Source: Tubulanus polymorphus
Lineage: Eukaryota; Animalia; Nemertea
Length of the DNA stretch: 64,000 nt
Reading direction: 5' to 3'
NCBI RefSeq assembly: GCF_964204645.1
Contig: NC_134028.1
Span: 22,750,345 to 22,814,344, forward strand
The notes beneath the pieces were generated by a model. The model saw nothing but the letters and a program-made list of their open reading frames with translations. It was not told the DNA's origin and searched no databases. Shown one piece after another: positions 26,081 through 40,100 of this stretch. The stretch's first letter is position 1. Every line of letters starts with the position of its first letter. The position numbers and the translations under genes were made by a program.

Positions 26081-28174
26081 TATGAACGAACGATAACCAT
26101 GGGTATCTATAAATTGCGAAGGTCCGTCATCCAAACTACTTATTGTGTTTGCCACAAAATACGACGACCGCAATCGTGCGCTGAAAAAAGAACATGGCCA
26201 TAGGACCTCTATAGTCATTCTGTCACTTAGCCGGTGCTTGCCGGTTGACAGACCCGACTGGCGACACCATCATCTCTTCAAACATGTATATATCAGTTTT
26301 CGGTACTTTTATACGTACACGAGACTTCTGCGGCATATTCGATAGGCTATTACACCCGTTCTTGAGGGGTCCGGCGATTAAACCTGGCCGCAGAAATGTT
26401 TACACGTTTGATATTATCCGACGCCGCCGTATAAGCGACCAAATCAGCGGGGTTTACTCTATACACACAGGCCCGACTGATGAATCGGCCCGGCGATGCG
26501 GAAAGTGTGCGGCGGACTTCGAGGTAAAAAAAAAGAAATTCGCTACGACATATTACAAAGAAAAAAACATTAATCTCGAATCAAGCGCTATAGCTGCTCA
26601 GCGTAGGTTTAGATACATTGGTACGTATATAGGCTAACTCTATGCAACGTAGAATATCATTTCAATTCATATCTTTCGTTTACGATCCAAAGAAAGTTTT
26701 GAGTATTTACCCCCTTTTCATTACTGTTACATTTGTTCACAACAAAAAATATCGGACTTCTAAGTTCTAATAAACTCGAGGAAACCCTTCAACGTTCGAA
26801 TACGGAGTGTTTCATCGAGATTATCGAATAACAATTAGTTACATCATCATATCCCAGGGAATCATTTCTCAGATTAAAAAGTATCATAACATTTTCTATT
26901 TTTACATTTGTACACAGATTTCTTAAAAGGGAAAAATATAACTACGAAAGGAAAGTATATATAATACCTGCACCCGAAAGCGGAGACGAAAATGTCTCGG
27001 AAAGCATACATTTACATTTAAAAAATAGCGACAGCAGCAAAGAAAAATAACAGGTCCGTTAATGAAATAAAATGGTTCGATATGACTCGTATAAATGATC
27101 AGTATCTGAGCCCAAAATATATGATGGATAAATAAAATAACGCGTTGTAAGTAATTATAATATTGAATCGGAATGTACGATCTTCATCCTCGCTTGCCAG
27201 GGCCGACATCTCAAAAAATAATCGAAATATCCACCAGGCCCGCGGAGGAGGATGAGTAATATCACATTATCTTTGTTGATAAAATAATTTTAGGATTTTA
27301 TTGGGTGTAGAAATAATCACGCGATTTTTGGCATTGTGGACGGCCGCATAGTAGGACTCGAGCTCGTAGTCGGAGAGGGGGTTGGTCCGTTCGAACGCAC
27401 GAACGAGACATTAGGTCCCCTCACTTTTTCAACTATCCTCTAACCAACTTTTAAAGAACTCATTCCTGTAATTTCAGTAATCTTTAGTTCAATGAAGCCG
27501 GTCGCAATTGACAAGGCATGTAATAGGATTACGATTCGCAAACAACATATAAGTACCGCTTGTCTCTCGAACGAACCCCCATTTTAAAAATTCCAGGCTA
27601 CGAGCTTTTAGGCGTTTCGTTATTCCCGGACATGGATGGAATTGTGAAAGTTGGAATGGATGTCTCGGTCTGTCGCAGGACGGAAAAATCGAATTCAATT
27701 CGTCAGAGGAAACCGAAAAAACATACAATATGGGGTCAGTTGCTCAAAAGTCGATGAATAAATACCATAGTAACAATGAACTTTAATTGGTTTCCATAGA
27801 CTATGCGAGAATGTAACGTTTCGATTCAATTCTATGGGCCATTTTCATTTATTTTGGGTTTTTCACCTTATTTTGATGAACTTTTAATTGTCACTATATT
27901 AACTATCCACTGGTTAACTCTAACCAACTTTTGAGCGAGCATGGCCCCACATGATAGTCGCATAGGTTTTAGGTGCCTAAGAGGGTTTGCACGGATGCCA
28001 TCGCGTATTTGTGACTTTTTACTTCTACGAGTGGCTTGACGGCAAATATTTATATGGTGTCCCTGACGATGAGATGTATGAAAGTGTATTCGCGTCGTGT
28101 TTACAGTATTCACTTCAAACATGTCGACCTTGGATCTACAGAAGTCGACCTGTCGTACTACAAACGGTTTCTTA

Positions 28175-31100
28175 TTATTTCAGCACCGCGAAACCCAACA
28201 GTAACATCGCAAAGACGGCAAATCCGGAGCCTGGAAACAAAATAAACAACGTGAGAATTGTCCATCGATCTCAACCCACTCAGCGCCACTCAGGGCAGTA
28301 TCAACAGGTCTGAGGTTTTTACCCCCTCAAAACGGTGACCGACACTTAGAAAATTGTTAATGGGTTCAGGTATCTTTCCCTGATTGAACCCGCAGAGCGC
28401 TAAACATATCAGGTTCCCCTCAACCCGCAGAGCGCTAAACTTAGCAGGTTCCCCTCAACCCACAGAGCGCTAGCTAAACTTAGCAGGTTCCCCTCAACCC
28501 ACAGAGCGCTAGCTAAACTTAGCAGGTTCCCCTCAACCCGCAGAGCGCTAAACTTAGCAGGTTCCCCTCAACCCGCAGAGCGCCAAACTTAGCAGGTTCC
28601 CCTCAACCCGCAGAGCGCTAAACTTAGCAGGTTCCCCTCAACCCACTGAGCGCCAAACTTAGCAGGTTCCCCTCAACCCGCAGAGCGCTAAACTTAGCAG
28701 GTTCCCCTCAACCCGCAGAGCGCTGGCTAAACTTAGCAGGTTCCCCTCAACCCACTGAGCGCCAAACTTTGCAGGCACCCATCAAGCCGCAAAGTGCCAG
28801 ATTGGTAGATACACGGGAGATTCCACTTGATGATAGCTGTTTGTCAACTAGTCAATTCCAAGCCTGTGATTTCTTTATTCAGCCTATGCATTGATAGTTA
28901 ATACTGATACCTGTTATAGAAACGGCCGCGGAGGTTTTCTTCAGACTGGTTATACACGTATCTTGTGATGCTTTGTCGTCGAACCTTTTCTTGCATATTA
29001 CGGCCTTGCGCACTTCGGGCAGTTCTTTCAATACGTCGTCCCTCAATTCCATAGCTTGTGCCTTAGTCAAAGCCGCAATGTTTTTATCGGACATTCCCTG
29101 CAGGCAAAACCGGGAAGCTATACTGTGTGACGTCGAACATTATTCGATAAGTAATGAAATATCCAAAAAAAAACATCATGGCGTCATTATATACCTTCAT
29201 CAGCGTGTCGTCCATCAAGCTCATCGCTTCGTTAGTTATGAATTTTACCGTTGTGTCAGGAATCTTGTTGAAGTTCGTTACGTCGAGATAAGCTGCAGCA
29301 TTAAAAAAAAGAAACATCATCGAAATCTATTCACGAAGGTGCTGCTGTAAATCATCGATGAAAGCAATACGAGACTGTGAGGTCTGTGCGGTGAGGTTGA
29401 TATATTAAATTCAACAGAAAACGAATAAGTCATTCCTGGTGATGATGTGTAGAGGTGAAAATAAACATTTCTTTTTGATGGAACGACATTTTTTTGTTCG
29501 TTCTAACGAAAAACATTTCATTTCCGAAAAAAAAAATTTCATCGTTTCATTCGCAGGGCTCTATTGGGATATAGTCGAAAAACGTTGAATAAACCACTAC
29601 TTGCTCAATGAAACATTTCGGACTTTAATTTCGTATCAGATTGCAGCTCGCTTCTACTTACCGACAAGAATGTTCATGTCCGCGTACGTTGTCTGATGCC
29701 ACAAGTCCGGTGTTTTAAGCGCATCAGTATGTATGGCTATCTTGGAGATGGCCTTCATCCTATCCTCTGAACAATCTCTATTTGCGGAGTTTGACAGTAG
29801 TGTTATCGCGGACCTGCACAGAAAATCGATTCATATCTAAGCATGTTTGAAATGATATATATAATATACATATGCACTATCATAGTCTTTAACGACCCAA
29901 CGATCACGTGCCAGTTCCATCCAGTTTACGGGTCAATATTTGACTCCGAGAAGTTTGATAAAACCCGCAAAGAATATCTAGGATCCATTTCCACAGTCCA
30001 CAGTTCTAGCATAAAACTCGGGGGTTAAAAACATCGGAAATGAACTTTTTTTTTTGATAAGTCAAACAATAACGACAAGATATAGCTGCTAAGACAGCGA
30101 TGACGGGTTTTCTGCAAAGCCGCACCATGCCATTTAGGATGATGGGAATTTAGATACATAGAATATAACGCATTGATTCGGTACTAATTTTAATAAGTCC
30201 GCCCAAGATATCTTGGGCGATGTAATAGACCAATGAAGGGTTTGCGGTCAGGGTTTGGGTAAACTTCAGCGGGAGGCAATCAAACCCTGACAAGCAAGGA
30301 CAAGCAAGGATGCACTAATAAATACCGGGGATACTACTTACTTCACAGTGCCTGGTTTAAGTTTGTTTATTTCGGCTACGTCCGCTTCGCAGATTATGTA
30401 CGTAATAAGGGCTACCTCTACGTTTGTGGCAGTTGCAAAATCCATTGGACAATCCTTGATCATCTTCGCCACCAACTTTTGTTTCTGCATTTAAGGTAAC
30501 AGTACTGAACGGATCTGACAGGGGCTAAACAACGAGGATACCGGCATCGCTATACTATGGCAAGCGAGCATCCACCAGGTGGCATCTACATTCCGCTGAA
30601 TCAACTTCGTAGATCAATTTTCGATGAAAACTTTACCATACACTGAGTTCGATTTGTTTGATAACCTTTTGATTTCGGAGGCTTAAATAACAATTCAAAT
30701 TTAATGGAGAACCACAAAACCAGCTATCCCACCAGATGACGTGATGAGCAGTAGGTCGTCCCTTGTCAAAGTAAGTTCATTTTCAATGACCTTTGAAGTG
30801 GATTTTTAGACTCCCCAATCCATAGATTATCACAGCACCACCAAATATACAATACTTTCATTCTTCTACTCGGATATCGGTAATTTTCACAAATAACTGA
30901 TTCATTTAAGGGAAAAGTTCATTCGGATTTAATTGAAATGTACAAAGATGTCCAACTATCTACTAGCGAACCTGGTGGATCATCGCCTGCCATACGTGGA
31001 ATCCTCGATTGCCACAGTAGCTATGCAGGTACCCCGTTGATAATTGAATCGAATGCTACTCTATATGTATTCGTTTGTTTATTTCTGTTTTACGTCGTTC

Positions 31101-34100
31101 GGGTCTTGGTTTCCCGAGGTTAACCCTGTTGTGGCCTACTTAAGGAGTCATTTTCTACCTACCGTGGCTTTGTCGAAGTCTTTAGTGCCACCAATCGCAG
31201 ATACAATATTATCGTCGGTTACGATTAGAGAAGCGATTTCTGCATCGTTCATCTTAGCGATACATGACGGAATGCTTTCAATATGGTTGCTCGTAAGATT
31301 CGCTACCATGGTCACTGTGTCCCCGAATACCTGTAAAATCATTCGTGAGATGTTTCCAATGAAATTATATTCTATCTATTGACAAAAATAATATCGAGTA
31401 CTAATTTTTCGAAAGATGCGATTTTCCACTGAAATAGTATTCCCGAAGATGTCTATTGGAATGTAGTCGAAACGTCGAATAAACTACTAGCTCAAGGAAA
31501 ACATATTTCGGATTTTATATTTTTCGTCATCATAGTGGGATTCTCTACAGACCACTCAAAATTAATTGACTGATAAATATTAATGAATGGCGCTGTGTTC
31601 TTGTAATTCAAAAGCAAGGGACAGTCGATTCCGATTGTTTGGATAGGAGTTTAATCGAGATAAAGAGTTCAAACTTGTTTCCTATAAGACATGTTTCAAT
31701 TGAATCGCCTACCCTTGCTTGGAAGAGGCGATCCAAAATAGCGCGATCTTTCCAGCCTACATTTGCTCCACACAGGACAGTATAACAATTCCGCATGTCA
31801 GCTACGGCTATCGCATTTATTTCAGCTGTGGTCAATGTTGCTATCTGATTTGCCGTTTGCAAAACCCTGATTTCGTCGCATTTGTAAGTTTTAGCGGTCG
31901 CTGTAATTGAGAAATAAGATTCACTAAGCACAAGCATATATGGTTAAGAGGAGAGATGAGACGGTAGAGGTAGAGGTAGAGGTAGAGGTAGAGGTAGAGG
32001 TAGAGGTAGAGGTAGAGGTAGATGGGGATATATTTCTGCTTACATCTTTTTCTCCTCTTTCCAGCCGGAGTTCCTAGCGCGGCCGCCGCTTTCTTCATCT
32101 CGCTGATGTTCACTTCTTTGTATTTCTTGAGTAGCCCATTCATTCGCTGGCGTCGAGATTTATCGGCCGGTATTTCACATTCGTCGTCGCTATCATCATC
32201 TCGACGTTCCCCACGCTGGCCACCGCGACACATCTTTTCATTACCCAGGGCCGTCTTTAGATAGAAGAGAACAGCAGGTGAATGCGTGATGTCTGTGTGA
32301 CGTCACTCATTCATTCATTCATTCACAAATTTTTCACAAATTCGAAGCTATCTTTTTCTTAGTCAAAAGGCTTGACGCTTGGATCTCTCGCCTCACGATC
32401 GTCTCACGACTGAAACGTCTTTAACTTAATCATTGTCTTTGATCTTGTACAACTCATATTTTCCTTTTAAAACTTGTAACTACTCAATGATATCGTGTTA
32501 TTATGTCATTGATTATCAAATCCAGTTCTATTCTATTTATTAGTAAACTGACCGCTGGTATTTTGCTAAGATCCGGCAGCAAAGTCATTAAGTTTCCATA
32601 GGCCGCCGCTTTTACCGGGGCATCTTCGGCCGCCCATGAAGACGGTTTAACTGCCCTAAAGATTGAATATGAAAAATCACGATTAATTTTGAATAGGATG
32701 AACTCTTTTTAGTCGGGCGTAGGTCGGCCGGCGACACGATTCCCAGCGACCGTCAGCGACGATCCCGTCACAAACACCCCGAGCACCCTTGCGACTGTCA
32801 GCGATATCAATCACTTTCTGCGATGCGATGCGACGACTGATAGAGACACTACACGTCACTGACGAACACATCACAAGTCGACCTATACCGCCTTAAGAGT
32901 TCGCGCAATCGTCGGTTTTCAAAACGCCGATTCAAAAAAGTTTAAACAAGTTTATATTTGTGAGATATTTTTTTCACACGAAATCCTTACGTCATTTCCT
33001 TTTTAAGCAGAGTTTCTAGGATTTTGTTCCACGATTTGCAGGCGCCGAAAGTCTCAATCGTTTGGTCAAATGCAGTTGTGTTGAGGACTGTGCTTTTGAA
33101 CTGTGCGTCCGTCAATTCGGCCGCTAAGTTAGGTCCCAATGTGACGATATCCTCAGCTGCTATAGTACCGTTATTAATACTCTGGAAAAAAGAAAACTTG
33201 AAATTATGTAAGTGATTGACGTTCAATTTTATAACGGGAGCTACATTAGAATATATGTATAAATGTTTTGATTTTTTTTTTGTTAAAAGTTGTAAATTTG
33301 AAAACCTTCAATAAATCTAATAACCATGAACTCAAAGCAATATTTGATGTTTGCTTTGTGATAGTGATTTTGCGCAATAGAATATTGATTACCTCGCTGT
33401 ACGTGGATAATACATACGGATAATGATTTCTACAAGGAAATCGCTGCTTGGGCTAGTTCGATGCAGTCAAACATGCTCAAATCTGTTACTATACAGGTGG
33501 CTCCCTTCGTGACTATTGTTACCGCTCCTCAAACCCAGCCACCATTCTAACGGCGCTCCCCATAGGTAAGGCGGGAAAAACTCTTCTGCTGTGTACGCGG
33601 CAGATCTCCCTAATAAGTTCCTTTCCTTACTTACCTTGAGGCAATCGAAGCATTTCGTGGTGTATTTTGCCCAGAATGCGTACGGTCGGCATACGCCTTC
33701 GACTTGGCCGATCTGTTTGCAGACTTCGTAGGAAGTTGTAGCTGGTAGTACCGTCTCGTTGCAGATATCCTCTATTCTGTTAAAATCACGCGCATATCAA
33801 TTGTATCAATTATAGCAATGATAGCAGACGTCAAGTGGAATCAGTGAAAATCCATTATAACATCATCAACTGGCGTACCGAGAAAAACTCGGCGATGTCA
33901 AGAATGGTTTTTTCATTGATTGATGCATTGAAGAGAAATGCGGCCAATTACGTTTAATTTTGGGCCTTAGGTCGATTTTTCGAGTTTAAAACAACGACTT
34001 CTATGCCCATTGACTGCATTAATCTTCCATTAAAATTTTAATTCGGCATGTTAGATCTCAGAAAAAAATCATGTTTGCTTTAAGTGAACTCTTGACATTG

Positions 34101-37100
34101 AAAAAGGCGTTATAGCGGATTTTAAATACGAGTCGATATTGATACACTTACGGTGTATAGATGGCGCATGGTCCCAGTGCTGCCATGGCGTCTGCGTCTA
34201 TAATACCATCCGGGGCTCCATCACCGTCATTATCTAGAGCCATAATTGCCGCTTTCGCATTGTCGAACGCTTTTTTTCTCTACATGCAGAAATCAACGAG
34301 AAACTTCGTTAAGCATATTGATACAATGAGTTGGTTTATCTTTGTATTTCGTATCATACTGTTCGGGCAAAAGTAAAATTACCGATAAAATCGGCAAAAT
34401 ACTGGATGAAATTGGATGAATTCAGGAAATCCTGCATTAGAAGAGGGCGGCCTGAGGCTCAAACGTTGGTTAAACTCTAAACCCGTCTACCCAGTTCAAT
34501 AGTTCTTATGTTAGAATTTTAATAGTCGAATAAGATACTCAGTCATACAAAAGAACCAAAGAACCACAACCATTTCGGCTGTTGACTAACACCAGCCATC
34601 ATCATAGTATATTATCATAGACACATCAACTCTTTCACTTAGAATGTGGTTAATGTCACCATGTGACACTCTGTCATCTGTATTCCCTTCCACTTTATCT
34701 AATCATAACCGTTTAGAATTTTGTGGTTTCTATGGTACCCCTTGTTGTTTTTACAGCTAGTTCTGTTCAACTTTGTTCTGACACATATCATTGCTTTTGA
34801 GCTATGAGTTCTTTTTCTGGTCATTCCACCTGATGATGGCCGTTAGTCAACAGACGAAACGTTGTAATTTCATTTTCATAAATTCTATCGTATAGAATTC
34901 GAATTGAGGGACTTTATTTCAAATATGGATGATTTACACCCATTTTTCGCAATGGCCTTCGGTCTTTTGTGTTTTTTCTATCCTCTTATTACCTACCACA
35001 TTATTGGTGACGTATGGAAAAACATCGGGAGAACAGAACAAATTACCGAGTTCGATTTTTCCAAGCGTCAGTGTATCCAACAGACCAACGGTAAACATCG
35101 GTCCGATGACTTTCATAACCGCTCTGAAAATACGAAATCGAAACCGGGTTATTTTCACGTTCAGCTTTTGACGGAGATTAGTACGTAAATCAATAGATGA
35201 AACGAGCCGTACTTCAAATCGGGTTCCGAGAGGGCCTTGATGTCTGGGATTTTATCCAGTAAACATTGTACCTGGAAATAAGATTAAAACCCACAAATTT
35301 AAAAGATAAAATACGACATTTTATGTATCAAGGATTAAATTTCTCCTCCGAGTACGGCTATTTTACCATTAAATCCATTATCGTCTCACCTCGCGAAAGC
35401 ATTTAGCTAAAACATTCTTTTCTTTCCAGAAAAAAACCACTTAACCAACACAAAAAGCTCGCCAAAGCGAAAGTAAAAATACCATCGTTTAAACTAAACT
35501 GTAATCTTAATAAACTCACCAAGGCTTTTTTACCACCGACAATACTTTTCATAGTCTTGATTGTAGCTAAATCTAGGTTTGCACAAACGTCATTGGACGG
35601 CACCACTTCAATGAGTGCTTCATTAGCCGCTACGACAGCATTGGCCTGTTTATCGGTAGCTGTACGCTACAAAATTAAAACGAAAATGGAATTGAAATTT
35701 CACATTATGACTCTCTGCATGTGTTAAGCAACGTTGGCTTAGATTTTTTGCATTAATTCGTGTATCTAAAAGTTAACTGTTTTTCAAGCTCTCAAAAGAA
35801 ATCGCCAAGCTTTGTGAAAATGTTACCGTGGTCACTATGTGCATCCGCGTGGCGATATCCATCATGAGAATCTGTGGCAGTATGGCGGGATCTTTCAGCA
35901 GATTCGTGCAAGCAGCCGCGGGCAACAACTTAATCTCCGTATAAGGCTTCAACCCCAACGTAGCTTTTACGTCTTCAGTAAATGAAGCTACCGTAGACGT
36001 AGCTGTGAGTGTAGTGACCGCGCTGCATTTAGCGATGATCGGACTCTAAACATGGTACATAAAACAAAAAATTAGAAATTAGAAAATTAGAATTAGCTTA
36101 TGACCAAATTGCGCATTGATATTCAGAATATATAGAATATACATATATATAGCAAACAGTACCATATCGCGGTATTTCGTTGCAGCTAGTAGTTTAAGGA
36201 GGTTCTGATGACAAAGAACGGCCTTCGGCACTTGTCTGAATACGGTCGGCTTTTGAAAACCTACAGTACACCCGTGTGTGTTAACGACAGCCGGGACAGT
36301 GTTGGCAGCCGTGGCCTTCAACGCAGTAATTTCGGCTGCAGTGAATGTGCATTTCTTTGTAACCATCTTCAAAACCTGAAAGCGCGGAAATTTCATCTCT
36401 TGATAGGAATTTTTGATGAACTTAGATTCCGGTTACGCAGTGGTTAGTCTAAACTTTTCTATACATGACTTACCTATAATTCAAAAATATGGTTACAGAG
36501 CAGCAACAACGGGTGTATATGTGTGACGGCTTAACGCAATGCATTTGATACACATTTTAGTAGTCGAATTTGATAGATTTTACGAGCAAAAAAACTGTGA
36601 CAGAAAACCCTGATGAACTGATTTTTCCGTGACTGTAGAAATCGATTCATGCATTCATTCTGATGCCGGTTGAGGTGACACGGATTTGATAGTCTTCAAT
36701 TTACCTTTATATCAATGCCTTCTTCGGTCAATCCGAACGGGACGCACAGATCTTTACATTGATACGTACTGTCGAACACGACCGCATCGATTTTAGCGAG
36801 CGGAATATATTTCACCATATTTCCAAGTCTTCAAGAAATAGATGAAAATACGCTTTTAATACATATTCATCTCTGTATAACTGTGGCCACGATTTATCAG
36901 GCGAGCAATATTGAACGAATCACTTACGCTTTTAGGTTAGTTACGGTAAGAGCTGTGTTGCCTTTGGCTTTAGTGATCTTGAGTATAACTTTTTTTAGGC
37001 AGCCTCCGATCTGACCCATCCCCCTCGACCGCGGCGGTGGCTTCTTGCCTCCGTCTTCTTGTTGACGACTGGAACAGCTTTTCGGTCGATTGAAATCAAA

Positions 37101-40100
37101 GTTTAGCGTTTTCAATTTCGCAACGTCCGCCTGCAATGAAACAGATTTACATCCTGTATATTTCAAATATCGAATAGGTTTTATTTGAACTTAGCTGTGA
37201 GATCTTAACTCACAACTGTTTAACTGGGTGCGGTCATTTTTCGGAAACTCCAAATAAGAGTGATTTTTTAAATTGATAATAGATGTGATATTAATGGCTA
37301 TACAAGAAAACTAACTTAAAAGTTTATTGACGCCTTAGAAAATAACATACATATATGGCTTAATATAGTCGACGATGAATTGTACAATATGAATGTAATA
37401 TTGGGATCAATCATGATATTCAAATTGCCATTAAAATCCATTATCAAAAAGACATGAAAATGCATTGAATAGAAATAAGAATCATGAAATCTAATAAATA
37501 AAAAAATGAATACTTATATATATTCACAATTGTTATTGTTATTTTGAAACGCTAATATTGATGACGTAGTGCGCATCGACTGGCACATTTCCCGCACCAA
37601 CAGGAGTTATCAGATGTAAAAAAAACATTTTTGTAACGTTTTTTAACGGCGTCAAAAACGACGATTCGAATGATAGGACTTTTTACCTCTGTGATAGTTG
37701 TAGGTAATTTCGTGCACGCTCTCGCGTTGAAGAATGGGATGAAAAGCACAAATTGTGTGAACGGTGTTGCCGACGTTACCAACGTCGTTTTCATCTTTAC
37801 AGCCGCGAATAAATCCGCCGCTTTTTTGAACGCGTCAACATTATTCTTGATCTCCGTTTCCGTTCCGCATGTTGCTCCTATTTTGTCCAACCTAAAAATG
37901 CATGGTTATCGCTTTTCTAATTAATCGGAGTGCGAATCATTAAAATAAAAGAAATAAAAGGGCAAGGAGAGAAAAACATTTCAAAAATCTTACGTTATAG
38001 GCGTTTTTGAGTGAAGTCATTGGACTTCAGACTTTGTATCTGAACCATATATAGAGTGGTTAGTAAGTAAGTTATCTATTTGTCACAATGAATATGTACA
38101 ATATTTTCTTTTTCATAAAATGCTTATTAATTGATAATGAAATTAGATTAAAAATATATGTTAAGAAGATTTCAAGATTTCAACAATTTCGTTGTACTGT
38201 GTTTTATATTGTAAAGCGCAGCGATTATCTTATAGATCTGCGCTATATAAGAAAATATACCATTAATATTATTAAGAATACATCGCTCAAATCTTGGATT
38301 ACTCCAAGCACAAATCAACTTACACTGCAGTGAGCTGTGCGGCCGATCTTTGCTGCGTAGCTACCAACTCTCCGAGGAACGGGGATCCTTGTAAGGTGAC
38401 CAGCAACTGGCGGCAGGTTAGTTTACCGATGGCAGCGGCCGTGTAGACCGCAGCGTCACCACCGAAAACACCAGCTAATCTTTTCATCATTTGATCCATT
38501 ACGTTTTTCGCAACAGCCTATAACAACAATAACAAATATTTATTGACGTCGCTTAGGAAAGAAGAAAAATGAAAGAACAGCCGAGATACGATTTTTGCTA
38601 TCACCTTCAAGGGCGCTACTTCAATCGCTGTCATTATTGCACTCCCCAAACTCGACGGCTTCAACGCATCTATAACGCCATTTAAGATCTCTTTATCCTT
38701 GAACGTTGCTATGACTTTCACGAATTCTTTGAATTGGTCCATAGTGATCTTCGTTTGGGTCCACTGCAATCAGAAAAAGAGGATTTACATACATTTTAAT
38801 GGACGATTTGTTTCTTCGAGTGTAACGTGTTCGTTATTCGTTCGGGAAACGCGTTTATGCTTACGGGAAGTTGATGAAGGCATAGCGCGGGTATCTTTAC
38901 GAACGAAGCTACCGGGACTGTAGTCAAATCAATCGCTGTAGTATCCTTTACATATGCGGCGATACTATTCAGAATAGTGGTTTTATCTGCGGGGGGCAGT
39001 GCATCCCATTTGGCTAACACACTATAGATAAAATAACACATTCATAGTGAATATCAATCTCTGAAATATATCAACACATTTATCGTTATCAAATCTTTAC
39101 AAGTTTCGTCGTTCTTACTTTGCACGGAGGGTCTTGATCGGCGCAGAATTGAACGATTGTGCCTCTCCATAAGTCGGCCTGCAAAAAGAAAGCGGCTGTG
39201 AATTGAACAATATCCTGATGATTTTTTCATGTTGGGATTTTGCAATTTCCTAGAGATATTTTACACTTTAATATGGATTTTATCATCTATTCCGAAATGG
39301 TTTTTCTTGTCAGAGCGGATTTTCGAGCTCTGCTCCTCACGCGATATTGTGAAAACTCAGTGCGCGCAAGCTTCGAAGTAAACCGAAAAACAAATTCTTT
39401 TCGAAAAATACGTAACCCTTTCTACGGTGAACCACCGCGAAAGGGGACGATAGTAGGCAATTTTACTTACGCCAATGTATCCGCTGCACAGGCGACTGTA
39501 AATTTGAAAAAAAAAAATTTTAAAGAAAATTGAATTGAAATTCACTCATGATTCCAATTGATAAAAGAATCAGAACGCGTGTATCATTCATTTAACTTAC
39601 ACACTCGTTTGACTTTCAGGTATTCGGCTTTATCGAACGCTGCAATGAAAATATGAACGAAACTTAAGTTTGGATGTCACTGTTGATTGGTCGCGCACAT
39701 GACGGGAAGAACGTGCAAGATGACCTTGATTAAAGATTCAGGATCCGTGTTTTGTTAAGATGATATAAGATAGAATCCAACAATTCGGATAGCCGTATTA
39801 CAATCATTGTTATCATATTATCTCGGATATCTTGGAGTAATCGTTAAATGATTATCTTCATCCATTATCCTTACCTAGTGCCGTGCGTGGTTTTTCCTTT
39901 GGTCGCTTCGCCTCGGCTATCGTCACCAAAACTATAAATGAAGAGATAACCCGTTTATAATGCAATAAACCTAAATCATAACATCGGGACTTTTCTCTCA
40001 ACCACAGTTGCACAAAAAATTCGTTTCGATCCTGATTAAGCAGACAATGGTGTATATTTTGAGCCCGAATTCGACGAAAAATCGATGAGCATCGTAATTG

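Noticed and set aside
26476-26515. CTGATGA...GAAA hammerhead-like string
   Set aside because: Stem II is offset from GAAA and no stem I or III pairing is evident
28387-28800. CRISPR-like array (35-bp repeats)
   Set aside because: Units are contiguous with no unique spacers, there are no cas genes, and the context is a eukaryotic intron
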